Below, piece by piece: positions 1 to 9,140 of a stretch of 64,000 nucleotides of DNA (position 1 is the first letter of the stretch; each line of letters opens with the position of its first letter). The DNA comes from Minisyncoccota bacterium. Lineage in GTDB: Bacteria; Patescibacteriota; Minisyncoccia; Minisyncoccales; JAQTVQ01. The position numbers were made by a program, and so were the translations under genes. Location: NCBI GenBank assembly GCA_041657385.1, contig JBBABZ010000001.1, positions 29,821 through 93,820 on the forward strand, in the 5' to 3' direction. The notes beneath the pieces were generated by a model. The model was not told the DNA's origin. It ran no database searches and worked only from the letters and a program-made list of their open reading frames with translations.

Positions 1-14
1 TCAATGATATTGAG

Positions 15-1079
15 ATGCGCAAAGCTTTATCGCGCTTCGGAAACTCTTTGGACATCGTCCAGATCAAAAAGAAAATGAAGATCCATATCCATACCGATCT
101 GCCGGACGATGTGATCGCCGCCATAAAACAAAAAGGCCAAATTCTTACTTTGAGGACGGAAGATATGGCTAAAGAAATTGTCGGCGAGCCTTCGATAAAA
201 AAAGTTTCCATTGGATTGATCACCGATCCTCTCGCTAATTTAACCGATAAGATCATCGAACGCTACGATATAGAGATCGTCCAATACGTTTACGACTGGC
301 CGGAAGAAAATATGCTGCGAGGAGAAAATATCTATCAAAAAATGAGAGATGCCGCGAGCAAGGGAATAGCCAATCTGCCAAAAACTTCCCAGCCGAGCCC
401 CAAAGATTTTCTGGATGCTTTCAAGAAAAGGCTTAGCCAGGGATATAAAGAGGTCCTTTGTATTAATTTTTCTTCCAAGCTGTCCGGCGGATACAATTCC
501 GCCTGCCAGGCAAGGAACTTGCTCCCCGAAGAGCAAAAACAAAAAATCCATATATTCGACTCCCTTAATGCCGCCGCGGGCCAGGCTTTGATCGTTTTAA
601 AAGCCATTGAATTTATCCAAATGCAGAAAAATATAAAAGAAATTTTAATTGAGCTTAAAAAAGAATCCGATCGGGTCAAATTATACGGAATGCCCCAAGA
701 TCCGAAATGGCTGGAGTGGGGAGGCCGCATCAGCCACAGCCAAGCCCAATGGCTAAGGCGCCTTCAAAAGATCAGGGTTAACCCTTTGCTGGGGATCAAA
801 AATGGAAAAATAGAAAAGATAGGATTCAGCACCGGAACGAAAGAAATGTCCGAAGCCATTTTTAAAAAAATTCTTTCCGAAACTAAAAAACTTAGAAAAG
901 AGAACAAAAATATCCGAGTGGTCATCACTCATTGCGATAATCTGGAAGGAGCCCAAAAACTTAAAGAGATGCTAAGGCAGGAAAACTTCGAAGTTTCTTT
1001 CGTCAATTTGACCGACTCGATCATCGGAGTCCATGTGGGCCCGGGAGCATTGATAGCGGCATGGACGGAGATCGATTAA
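15..1079 (+). CDS. DegV family (FakB-like) fatty-acid-binding protein. The N-terminus runs to the window edge; the true start may be the internal ATG near position 75.
   Basis: C-terminal IIGVHVGPGALIAAWTEID and central LPKTSQPSP...FSSKLSGGYN blocks are typical of DegV. Paralogous to the ORF at 13873-14742. Confidence 0.7.
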   Translation: MRKALSRFGNSLDIVQIKKKMKIHIHTDLPDDVIAAIKQKGQILTLRTEDMAKEIVGEPSIKKVSIGLITDPLANLTDKIIERYDIEIVQYVYDWPEENMLRGENIYQKMRDAASKGIANLPKTSQPSPKDFLDAFKKRLSQGYKEVLCINFSSKLSGGYNSACQARNLLPEEQKQKIHIFDSLNAAAGQALIVLKAIEFIQMQKNIKEILIELKKESDRVKLYGMPQDPKWLEWGGRISHSQAQWLRRLQKIRVNPLLGIKNGKIEKIGFSTGTKEMSEAIFKKILSETKKLRKENKNIRVVITHCDNLEGAQKLKEMLRQENFEVSFVNLTDSIIGVHVGPGALIAAWTEID

Positions 1080-1113
1080 AAATCAAAAAATTGAAAATTA
1101 AAAATTCACACTT

Positions 1114-2235
1114 ATGTATATAAAAGGAGTAGGAATGACAAAATTCGATTACAGCCAAAAACCATGGTGGAAATTTGCCTATGAAGCGGCTTTGGAAGCG
1201 CTGGAAGATGCAAAGATGAGATCGTCCCAGCTTGATGCCATTGTTTTAAGCACTATTTCCAATGCAGGAGGCGGAGAGCATCAAACTCATAAAATTTCTT
1301 TGATCTCCGATCTATTCAAAACCCACGTCCCTATCATTGAAACTCCTTCCGTTTGCTCGGGCGGAGGAGTGGCCTTTTGGACGGCTAACCGGCTCGGCTT
1401 TAAAAACATTCTGGTTTTGAGCGGAGAAAAAGCGGTGGATAACCGCACTGAAATTACAACCGACCTGATCATGTCGGCCGCCGAACGCACAGTAGAACAA
1501 ACAGAGGGTATGATCTTTCCCGCGCAGAATGCCCTTATCTGGCAGAACTACATGAAAAAATACGGAGCCACAATGGACGATCTTTCCTTGATTGCTTACA
1601 AAAATCACCAAAATGCGGCCCTTAATCCCAAAGCTTATTACTATAAAAGAACGATGACCCTGGAAGATATTAAAAAATCTCCGGAAGTCGCTTCGCCCTT
1701 GCGCTTGATGGATTGCTCTATGTCGATCAACGGGGGAGCGGCCGTGGTCCTAACCCAGGAAAAAACCGAAGTGGAAGTGGCCGGCTCCGGTTTTGCCACC
1801 GATTATTTGCTTACTTTCGGCCGCGAAGAAACCGACCATTTTAAGGCTACGGAATTGGCAGCCAAGATCGCCTACGAACAAGCGGGCATTTCTCCAAAAG
1901 ATATTAATGTCGCCGAACTGCATGATGCTTTCACGCCGATAGAGCTTTTTTCCTACGAAGATCTGGGTTTCGCGCCAAGAGGCCATGGAGCCGAGCTTAT
2001 AAGATCCGGCAAGATAAATTTGGGAGGAGAGTTCCCGATCAATTCTTCCGGCGGATTAAAAGCCAAAGGCCATCCGATCTCGGTTACGGGCTTGGCGCAG
2101 ATCTACGAAATAACGAAACAGCTTCGAGGGCAGTGCGGCGAACGCCAAGCAAAAAACGCCAGCATCGGATTGTGCCAGAATATCGGCGGAGCGGGAGGAA
2201 GCATTACCGTGAATATTTTGAGAAAGGTTAAATAG
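1114..2235 (+). CDS. Thiolase-superfamily protein of SCP-x/archaeal type (acetyl-CoA C-acetyltransferase-like), the type that partners with DUF35 proteins
   Basis: Thiolase-like fold with a CSGGG nucleophile region, a C-terminal GHPISVTGL histidine motif and length near 370 aa. Lies next to a DUF35 gene. Confidence 0.7.
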   Translation: MYIKGVGMTKFDYSQKPWWKFAYEAALEALEDAKMRSSQLDAIVLSTISNAGGGEHQTHKISLISDLFKTHVPIIETPSVCSGGGVAFWTANRLGFKNILVLSGEKAVDNRTEITTDLIMSAAERTVEQTEGMIFPAQNALIWQNYMKKYGATMDDLSLIAYKNHQNAALNPKAYYYKRTMTLEDIKKSPEVASPLRLMDCSMSINGGAAVVLTQEKTEVEVAGSGFATDYLLTFGREETDHFKATELAAKIAYEQAGISPKDINVAELHDAFTPIELFSYEDLGFAPRGHGAELIRSGKINLGGEFPINSSGGLKAKGHPISVTGLAQIYEITKQLRGQCGERQAKNASIGLCQNIGGAGGSITVNILRKVK

Positions 2236-2740
2236 TTTTGAATCTAGAAAGAAGATCGTTGAAATATTTTTTGATCAAGGGGACGACCTCGATGACGCAA
2301 ACGCCTTTACCGGGCTGGCCGTAGACAACGGCCGTTCCTTCTTCGGATAAAAGCACGCAAGGAATGGCAAGCAAGTCTTCTTCCCCTTCAACAAAAACAT
2401 TTTTATTGAAAAAGACGGCTTCCTTGATAACCCCCCAAGCCTCTGACTGGATGGTTCCAGCCGGATTTTTTAGAAAAAGATCATAGCTTATATCTTCAGG
2501 TATCTTCATCCTCCGGGTCTTGCCGTCAAAAATTTTAACGTTGGAAGATAAATTCAAGGAGCAATAATCTCCGACCGTGATCACTTTCTTAAATTTTTTC
2601 CGCCAAGCAAGATGATTAAATTTTACCGCCACTTCTTTATCCGAACCGAAAACAGGCAAGCCAATAGGCTCTTGCAGCTCTCCCCTTAAAGAATCCGGCA
2701 AAATATATGTTTGAAAAAAAATAGGCATAGATATCGGCAA
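2228..2740 (-). CDS. DUF359/COG1909-like protein (resembles the archaeal GTP-dependent dephospho-CoA kinase family)
   Basis: Motifs VGDYCS, IFDGKTRR and VEGEEDLLAIPCVLLSEEGTAVVYGQPGKGV match the conserved blocks of DUF359. Length 170 aa. Confidence 0.5.
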   Translation of the reverse strand: MPISMPIFFQTYILPDSLRGELQEPIGLPVFGSDKEVAVKFNHLAWRKKFKKVITVGDYCSLNLSSNVKIFDGKTRRMKIPEDISYDLFLKNPAGTIQSEAWGVIKEAVFFNKNVFVEGEEDLLAIPCVLLSEEGTAVVYGQPGKGVCVIEVVPLIKKYFNDLLSRFKTI

Positions 2741-2791
2741 CAGATTAAAAATTACCCTGTTTAAAAAACAAAATCAATAGAAATTAAAAAT

Positions 2792-2809
2792 TGCCTGCCG
2801 GCAGGCAGG
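2792..2809. repeat. GC-rich palindrome TGCCTGCCGGCAGGCAGG (short copy of the CCTGCCTGCCGGCAGGCAGG family)
   Basis: Perfect inverted repeat read directly from the sequence, lying about 14 bp upstream of the ATG of the DUF35 gene. Confidence 0.8.
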
Positions 2810-2822
2810 AAAATTAAAGACT

Positions 2823-3854
2823 ATGTTTTATCAATGTCCGAAATGTAAAAAAACCTGGCAGCACCCGATCGAAAAATGTCCGGATTGTTTTGAGCTGTTG
2901 GAAAGGATGGCCAGCCAAAAAATCAAAGTCTCCGCTGTTTCCAAGATCAGCGTGCCTTCGCTGGCCCACCCGAAAATCCCTTATTTTACTTTGATCCTGG
3001 AAGACGAAGCGGGCAACAAATGGGCGCAAAAAAGCTTTAAAGAATATCAAGCAGGCCAAGAATTTTCTTATGCCTCTTCAAAAGACCCGAATGCCGTAGC
3101 GATCTGGCGGATTAAATACGACCTGCTGGAAGCCATTGAAAAGCTGGTTGATCTGCTTGGCGGGCTGGAGATAACACCCGAAACGAAAATATTGGTCCTT
3201 CCTGCTCTAAACGCTCCCAAACATTCTTATTTCGGCGAGAACACCACCCCGGAATTTTTAGAACAAACTATCCAATATTTAATAAGCCGCGGCGCTGGAA
3301 AAGAGAACATCCAGGTCGCCGGCCAAAGCTTCAACGATATTCCGATCGAAGCTTGCGCCCAAAAGTCCGGACTGCTCAAAGTCTGCTTGAAATACAATAT
3401 TGTTCCGCTTGATCTGGCAAAAAACGCTTTTACTAAAAAAAATGGCTTGGAAATCTCTGAAAATATTTTTTCAGCGGACTTGGCCATCAACCTTGCCGCG
3501 CTGAAGATCGGGCAGGCCTGCGCCTCCGAAAATCTGTTTAAGTTTTTGAAAAAAGAAAATTACCTGGGATTGAAATATCTTTACGGCCAAAAAGAAATTT
3601 TTGAAAAAATGGAAAGCGCCCTGCCTAAAATTCTGACCATAGCCGAGGCCGACCGGGTGCAAACTCCGGAAAAATTCATAAGCTTCCTGGGGCTAGCGCT
3701 GGCAGGGTCCAGCTCCCTTAATATAGATGCCGTTTTCAGCCAGCTCCGCCCGGCTAAAGCTTTGCCAGAAATCTTGTCGGATGTTAAAATCGGAGAGGTT
3801 ATAATTGTCGGACGCACAATTGAAGAAGCCCAATTTGATAACAAAAATATTTAA
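2823..3854 (+). CDS. DUF35 zinc-ribbon/OB-fold protein (thiolase/HMG-CoA-synthase scaffold family) fused to a C-terminal domain of about 230 aa with unknown function
   Basis: N-terminus [23 protein letters not shown] is a CxxC...CxxC zinc ribbon. It is followed by an OB-fold-like segment. The remaining 230 aa have no recognisable motif. Confidence 0.55.
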   Translation: MFYQCPKCKKTWQHPIEKCPDCFELLERMASQKIKVSAVSKISVPSLAHPKIPYFTLILEDEAGNKWAQKSFKEYQAGQEFSYASSKDPNAVAIWRIKYDLLEAIEKLVDLLGGLEITPETKILVLPALNAPKHSYFGENTTPEFLEQTIQYLISRGAGKENIQVAGQSFNDIPIEACAQKSGLLKVCLKYNIVPLDLAKNAFTKKNGLEISENIFSADLAINLAALKIGQACASENLFKFLKKENYLGLKYLYGQKEIFEKMESALPKILTIAEADRVQTPEKFISFLGLALAGSSSLNIDAVFSQLRPAKALPEILSDVKIGEVIIVGRTIEEAQFDNKNI

Positions 3855-3870
3855 TGGTCAAACACAAATT

Positions 3871-4608
3871 ATGAAAAACAAAATTGTTTTGATAACCGGA
3901 GCGTCGCAGGGAATAGGCAAAGCGATCGCCCTGAAATTCGCAGCGCTTGGCGCGCAAATCGCGCTTAACGACATTCCCAGCCAGGAAGAAAATTTAAAGA
4001 CCGCCAAATCGGAAATAGAAAAGCTCGGAGCCAAAGCCGAATATTTTATGGCCGACGTTTCCAAATTCGATGAAGTGGAAAAAATGATGGCCGGCATTAA
4101 AGAAAAATTCGGAGGCCTGGATGTTCTGGTGAACAACGCCGGCATTGCCAAGGATAGGACATTAGCCAAAATGACCGTTGAAGAATGGCAAAAAGTGATT
4201 GATATTGATTTGACTAGCGTTTTTAATTGCTCCAAACTAGCTTTGCCAATGCTTGTCCCGAACCAAGGAAGCATAGTCAGTCTTTCTTCGGTAGTCGGGC
4301 AGGAAGGAAATTTCGGACAGACCAATTACTCCGCAGCCAAAGCTGGCATTATTGGATTCACTAAATCATTGGCCAAAGAAGTCGGAAGGTTCGGCGTCAG
4401 GGTCAATGCGGTTGCTCCCGGATTTATTGAAACAAAAATGGCTGAAGCCATTCCCGAACAATTGAAAGCTACCGTTAAGCAGCTGACCTCTTTAGGAAGG
4501 TTCGGCCGGCCCGAAGAAGTGGCCAGCGTAATTGCCTTTCTTGCTTCGCCGGATGCTAGCTTTGTGACTGGAGTGGTTCTGAACATTGATGGAGGGCTGG
4601 CGATTTAA
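3871..4608 (+). CDS. fabG: 3-oxoacyl-[ACP] reductase / short-chain dehydrogenase
   Basis: Contains the [12 protein letters not shown] Rossmann motif, NNAG, and the S...YSAAKAG catalytic triad region. Start taken at the ATG at 3871, just after the upstream stop. Confidence 0.85.
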   Translation: MKNKIVLITGASQGIGKAIALKFAALGAQIALNDIPSQEENLKTAKSEIEKLGAKAEYFMADVSKFDEVEKMMAGIKEKFGGLDVLVNNAGIAKDRTLAKMTVEEWQKVIDIDLTSVFNCSKLALPMLVPNQGSIVSLSSVVGQEGNFGQTNYSAAKAGIIGFTKSLAKEVGRFGVRVNAVAPGFIETKMAEAIPEQLKATVKQLTSLGRFGRPEEVASVIAFLASPDASFVTGVVLNIDGGLAI

Positions 4609-4710
4609 GCGAAAAGCTAAAAGCGAAAAGTGTAAAATAAACGAACGAATATTTTACGCTTTGCACTTTTGTTTTGCACTTTTCGCTTTACCTGCCTGCC
4701 GGCAGGCAGG
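4609..4710. repeat. Intergenic palindromic element (GCGNAAAG-unit arms) ending in the 20-bp GC palindrome CCTGCCTGCCGGCAGGCAGG (4691-4710)
   Basis: Arms gcgaaaagctaaaagcgaaaagtgtaaaat / attttacgctttgcacttttgttttgcacttttcgcttta are inverted complements. The perfect GC palindrome is at 4691-4710. Confidence 0.8.
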
Positions 4711-4831
4711 CGCTTTCCAAAAATTTAAAGATTAAAATAATAAATAATAATTCCAAAAATCGAACAGCCAGTATCAAATAAATAAACAAAGGTTATTTGA
4801 CATTAGGATTTTGAAATTTGGATTTAAGCAA

Positions 4832-5812
4832 ATGTTAGTGATAAACCAAAAACAGGTCAAAAAACTTCTTCCTTTAAGCGATATTAAAATCGTAGTTAAA
4901 GCGGTAGAGAACGCTTTCGGCGATTATGGCCGCGAGCTGGTCCAGATGCCCTGCAAGCAATACCTTTATTTCACCGAAAATAACGGCGACTTAAGGGTCA
5001 TGCCTTCTTATTCTTCCGTCTTAAAAATGGCCGGAACAAAAATAGTCAATGTTCATCCAGACAATCCTAAAAAGGGCTTAGCCACTGTCATGGCCAGCAT
5101 TATTTTGAACGATCCGAAAAACGGCATGCCCGTAGCGATGATGGATGGAAGTTATATCACCGCCATGAGAACCGGCGCCGCCGGGGCTGTTGCGGCCAAA
5201 TACCTGGCCCGCGAAGACGCGGCCACTCTCGGAATAGTAGGAGCTGGCGTCCAAGCGATCTATCAAATAGCCGCCACTTCCAAAGTGCGCAAATTAAAAG
5301 ACATTGCTGTTTTCGATCCCAATAAAAAAGCTGCCGACAACCTGATCAAAATTTTAGCCAAAGAAGGGATAAAAGTCCGTGCCGCCGATAGCATCGAAGA
5401 AGCTTGCGGAATGGATATCGTCACCACAACCACTCCCGTTAGAAAACCGATCGTCAAAAAAGAATGGATCAAGCCGGGAGCCCACATCAACGCCATCGGA
5501 GCCGATGCCGAAGGCAAAGAAGAGATAGAAGCGGAAGCCTTGAAAGGAATGAAAATAATTATCGATGACTGGGCGCAGGCCAGCCACTCGGGAGAGATCA
5601 ATGTGCCTCTTAAACAAGGCGTTATAACCAAAGAAGATATTTGGGCCGGATTAGGAGATATAATTGCCGGGAAAAAACAAGGCAGAACCAACGCCGAAGA
5701 AATAACCATCTTTGATTCCACCGGTCTCGGGCTCCAAGATCTTTATACCGCCGTGGAAGTAATGAAGCTGGCCAAGAAAGAGGGAGTGGGAAAAGAAATA
5801 GAACTGATCTAA
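4832..5812 (+). CDS. Ornithine cyclodeaminase / mu-crystallin family NAD(P)-dependent enzyme
   Basis: Family-typical layout with a GIVGAGVQA Rossmann segment and overall similarity to the OCD/AlaDH(archaeal)/ketimine reductase family. The ATG at 4832 is preferred over the TTG at 4811. Confidence 0.6.
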   Translation: MLVINQKQVKKLLPLSDIKIVVKAVENAFGDYGRELVQMPCKQYLYFTENNGDLRVMPSYSSVLKMAGTKIVNVHPDNPKKGLATVMASIILNDPKNGMPVAMMDGSYITAMRTGAAGAVAAKYLAREDAATLGIVGAGVQAIYQIAATSKVRKLKDIAVFDPNKKAADNLIKILAKEGIKVRAADSIEEACGMDIVTTTTPVRKPIVKKEWIKPGAHINAIGADAEGKEEIEAEALKGMKIIIDDWAQASHSGEINVPLKQGVITKEDIWAGLGDIIAGKKQGRTNAEEITIFDSTGLGLQDLYTAVEVMKLAKKEGVGKEIELI

Positions 5813-5817
5813 TAACT

Positions 5818-5958
5818 GGCAAAACTAGGTAAAGTGAAAAAGCGTAAAGTGCAAAGCGAAAAGCGCAAAACAACAGTGCAAAATTTAAAATATTCGTTCG
5901 CTGTTTTTAGCTTTTCGCTGTTGCTTTACGCTTTGCGCTTTTAGCTTTACGCTTAATC
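5818..5958. repeat. Intergenic palindromic element of the GCGTAAAG/GCGAAAAG-unit family
   Basis: Left arm aaagcgtaaagtgcaaagcgaaaagcgcaaaacaacagtg, centre aaaatttaaaatattcgttcg, right arm ctgtttttagcttttcgctgttgctttacgctttgcgcttttagctttacgctt. The element ends 3 bp before the next ATG. Confidence 0.8.
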
Positions 5959-5961
5959 TCT

Positions 5962-7461
5962 ATGTTATATTCCAAAGACCAAATCAAAAATATCATTCCC
6001 TATGATGACCCCTTCCTTTGGGTCGATGAGATCGAGAAGATCGAAGGCGATACAATTTTCGGTTCCAAGCAAACTTCTCCCCAAGATCCGTATTTCAAGG
6101 GTCATTTCGTTGATTTTCCGATCATGCCGGGCGTTTTGGTCGTAGAAGGGCTTGCCCAAACTGGAACTCTTTTACTTCGCGAAAGGCTTGGCAGCAGCCA
6201 CCAGCAAAAACATATCCTAGCCTATCAAGTAAGAAGCGCTATATTCTATTCGCCGATACTGCCCGGAGACAAGATCAAATACAAGGTCCGATTGCTCGGT
6301 ATATACGGCTCCAAGATCGCCAACTTCGTGGGAGAAGCTTATGTGGCAGATACTTTAAAATGCGAGCTTAGATTTTCAGCGGCCATTCTCGACAAAAAAG
6401 AGATGCAGGAAAAATTCCTGGCCGACAGAACAAATTCCCAGCCGGAAAAGAAAAAACTGTTCGAGCTTCCAGCGCTAAAAGTAGGAAGATTTACCGCAAA
6501 ATTACCGATCATCCAAGGAGGAATGGCTGTCCGCGTTTCCCTTCATAAACTGGCTGGCAATGTCGCCAAAGAAGGCGGGGTAGGAATAATCGCCGTTTCG
6601 GGAATGAAGGATCCGCAGGAAGTAAAAGATGAGATCAGAAAAGCGCGCGCAATTGCCGGAGAAAACGGAGCGATCGGCATCAATATAATGGGAGTTGTCG
6701 GACAATTCAAACAGCTGGTAACCGCGGCGGTTGAAGAAAAAGTCGACCTGATAATCCAGGGAGCGGGATTCCGCACGGACATTTTCGAAATGACCAGGGA
6801 AAGCTCCATCCCCGTTTTCGCCATGGCTTCATCAGCGAAAGTAGCTAAAAGGGCGGAAGAAGCTGGCGCATCGGCCGTTGTTGTTGAGGGTTGCGATGCC
6901 GGCGGCCACCTTGGATTCCCTCATGGACATCCTTTCCGTAAAACCATAGACATCATAAAGGAGGTCGTTAAAGAAGTGCGCATCCCCGTTATCGCCGCTG
7001 GAGGCATTTTTGATGGAAAGGATATTGTAGAAATGTTAAGAGCCGGAGCGAAAGGCATTCAAATGGCGACCCGATTCGTTTCGACCGAAGAATGCGATGC
7101 TGACATAAAATTCAAAGAAGCGCACATCAACGCAAAAAAAGAAGACATCGTTATCATCCATTCGCCAGTGGGCCTGCCCGGCCGAGCGATCAAAACCCCT
7201 TTTGTTGAAAAACTTTTGAAAGGAACTGCGCCCAAGCCCGACCCGATCGAGTGCCAAGGCTGTATAGGACCAGTTTGCGACAAAAGCTATTGCATCCTGA
7301 AAGTACTGGAAAACGCCCGGAAAGGAGACTTGGAAAACGGCCTGGTCTTTGCCGGAGCCAACGTTTGGAGAGTAAACAAAATGACAACGGTCAAAGCTTT
7401 AATAAAAGAACTGGTAGATGAAGCGAATGAAATACTGGCTAAGGAGCCGTTAATATCATAA
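5962..7461 (+). CDS. Fusion protein: N-terminal FabZ-like 3-hydroxyacyl-ACP dehydratase hotdog domain plus C-terminal FabK-like (NMO/nitronate monooxygenase TIM-barrel) enoyl reductase
   Basis: N-terminus PFLWVDEIEKIEGDT...GHFVDFPIMPGVLVVEGLAQ matches the FabZ/FabA signature including the catalytic His. From about residue 175 onward, LPIIQGGMAVRVS...GAGF...VVEGCDAGGHLG is FabK/NPD-like. Confidence 0.7.
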   Translation: MLYSKDQIKNIIPYDDPFLWVDEIEKIEGDTIFGSKQTSPQDPYFKGHFVDFPIMPGVLVVEGLAQTGTLLLRERLGSSHQQKHILAYQVRSAIFYSPILPGDKIKYKVRLLGIYGSKIANFVGEAYVADTLKCELRFSAAILDKKEMQEKFLADRTNSQPEKKKLFELPALKVGRFTAKLPIIQGGMAVRVSLHKLAGNVAKEGGVGIIAVSGMKDPQEVKDEIRKARAIAGENGAIGINIMGVVGQFKQLVTAAVEEKVDLIIQGAGFRTDIFEMTRESSIPVFAMASSAKVAKRAEEAGASAVVVEGCDAGGHLGFPHGHPFRKTIDIIKEVVKEVRIPVIAAGGIFDGKDIVEMLRAGAKGIQMATRFVSTEECDADIKFKEAHINAKKEDIVIIHSPVGLPGRAIKTPFVEKLLKGTAPKPDPIECQGCIGPVCDKSYCILKVLENARKGDLENGLVFAGANVWRVNKMTTVKALIKELVDEANEILAKEPLIS

Positions 7462-7462
7462 A

Positions 7463-7562
7463 TAAAAAGCGTAAAGTGCAAAGCGAAAAGCGCAAAACAA
7501 CAGTGTAAAGCTAAAAGCAACGAACGGATATTTTACACTTTTCGCTTTACGCTTTGCACTTA
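7463..7562. repeat. Intergenic palindromic element of the GCGTAAAG-unit family
   Basis: aaagcgtaaagtgcaaagcgaaaagcgcaaaacaacagtg ... cgaacggatattttacacttttcgctttacgctttgcact is a near-identical left arm to the copy at 5818. Confidence 0.8.
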
Positions 7563-7571
7563 ATATCTCCT

Positions 7572-8510
7572 ATGTTTGAAACTAACAAACTGACACAACT
7601 TCTCGGCATTGAGTATCCCGTCATCCAAGGCGGTATGGCTGGCATTTCCGAATCAAAACTGGTTTCGGCTGTTTCCAATGCCGGAGGATTAGGCACCATT
7701 GGCGCAGGATTGATGCCGGCTTCTTGGGTGGAGCAGGAGATCCAAAAAACCCGCCAGCTGACTTCAAAACCTTTTGCCGTAAATCTTTTTATGCAAAACC
7801 AGAAGATTGAAGAAATAGTCAAAGCCATCATCAAAAATAAAGTTCCGATCGTCTTCATCGGAGGCGGCAATCCGATGCTGGTTATGCCTTATTTAAAAAG
7901 CGCGGGCATCAAAACGATCCCGGTCGTCCCTTCTCCCAGGCTTGCCAAAAAAATGGAAGAAAACGACGCCGACGCAATAGTTGTTGAAGGGGTAGAATCA
8001 GGAGGCCATCTTGGGCCCAACACCACTTTTTGCTTGATCCCGCAAACCGTAGAGCTGGTTAAAAAAATCCCGATTATTGCCGCCGGAGGCATTTTTGACG
8101 GACAAACCGCGGCGATGGCGATGGCTGCCGGAGCTGACGGCGTCCAAATAGGCACCCGCTTTTTGGCCACCCCTGAATGCATCATCTCCCAAAGCTATAA
8201 GCAAAAGATCGTCGACTCTTCAGCCGATGATATTGAAATTGTTCTGGCTTTTACCGGCCATCCCTTGCGCGTGATCAAAAACAAATGGGCCGAAGATATG
8301 AAAAAATTGGAAACAAAAAATGTTTTTCCCGAAGAGTTGAACGCGGGAAAGATCGCCGGATCCCTAGGAGGAGAAAATGTCGATAATATCCCTCTTTTAG
8401 CCGGGCTTTGCGCGGCCAGCATTAAAGATATAAAATCTTGCCAAGCGATCATTGAAGAGATCGCCAGCTCTTTAAAAAAATATGAACAAAGCCGTATCAA
8501 CGATCTGTAA
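7572..8510 (+). CDS. fabK: Enoyl-[ACP] reductase II / nitronate monooxygenase family
   Basis: YPVIQGGMAGISESKLVSAVSNAGGLGTIGAG and VEGVESGGHLG motifs. The first ATG is at 7572. Confidence 0.7.
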   Translation: MFETNKLTQLLGIEYPVIQGGMAGISESKLVSAVSNAGGLGTIGAGLMPASWVEQEIQKTRQLTSKPFAVNLFMQNQKIEEIVKAIIKNKVPIVFIGGGNPMLVMPYLKSAGIKTIPVVPSPRLAKKMEENDADAIVVEGVESGGHLGPNTTFCLIPQTVELVKKIPIIAAGGIFDGQTAAMAMAAGADGVQIGTRFLATPECIISQSYKQKIVDSSADDIEIVLAFTGHPLRVIKNKWAEDMKKLETKNVFPEELNAGKIAGSLGGENVDNIPLLAGLCAASIKDIKSCQAIIEEIASSLKKYEQSRINDL

Positions 8511-9135
8511 AGTATTGCTCAAACCCCTGATCGACCAATTGTTCATTAAAAAAGTGAATGGATTGGAAAATCTGCCAAAAAGTAATTTCATTTTAGCCGC
8601 AAATCACCAAAGCAATTTGGACCATGTGATCATCGGATCGTTTTGCGTGCCAAGAAGTTTCAAATTCATAGGCCAGGTGGATGGGCACAAGGGAATAAGT
8701 AAATTACTGGTTGATTTATTTTACGGTTTTTTCGGAGTTATTCCCTTAGACCGGGGCGACAGCGGATCTAAAAAATCGGCTATTAAAAAAGCTGTAGAAT
8801 CTTTAAAAAAAGGCTACATCATTGGAATTTATCCAGAAGGCACTCGTACTCGCAGCGGCGAATTGGGAGAAGCTAAGCCTGGCGTGGCTAAAATATTTTT
8901 GGGAAGCGGCGCGCCGATCGTTCCAATAGCGATCAAAGGAACTTTCGAATTATTCCCTCCTCACGGAAAATTGAAAATAAAACGCATAGTGGAAGTCGAG
9001 ATCGGCCGGCCTATTTATTTTAAAAAAGAATTCAAAGCCGCTCAAAATTTGTCTTACCAGTCAGAAAAATATAAAAAACTTTGCCAAGGGATATCCGATA
9101 AAGTAATGGTAAAAATTTCCGATCTGATAAAATAA
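8482..9135 (+). CDS. plsC: 1-acyl-sn-glycerol-3-phosphate acyltransferase
   Basis: HX4D motif (NHQSNLD) and the YPEGTRTRSG block are typical of LPLAT/PlsC. Overlaps the upstream gene by 29 nt. Confidence 0.7.
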   Translation: MNKAVSTICKVLLKPLIDQLFIKKVNGLENLPKSNFILAANHQSNLDHVIIGSFCVPRSFKFIGQVDGHKGISKLLVDLFYGFFGVIPLDRGDSGSKKSAIKKAVESLKKGYIIGIYPEGTRTRSGELGEAKPGVAKIFLGSGAPIVPIAIKGTFELFPPHGKLKIKRIVEVEIGRPIYFKKEFKAAQNLSYQSEKYKKLCQGISDKVMVKISDLIK

Positions 9136-9140
9136 TAGAT

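Noticed and set aside
4609-7562. Possibility that the GCGTAAAG-unit repeats are a CRISPR array
   Set aside because: Units are 7-8 bp, contiguous or inverted, without unique spacers of regular length, and no cas genes are nearby.
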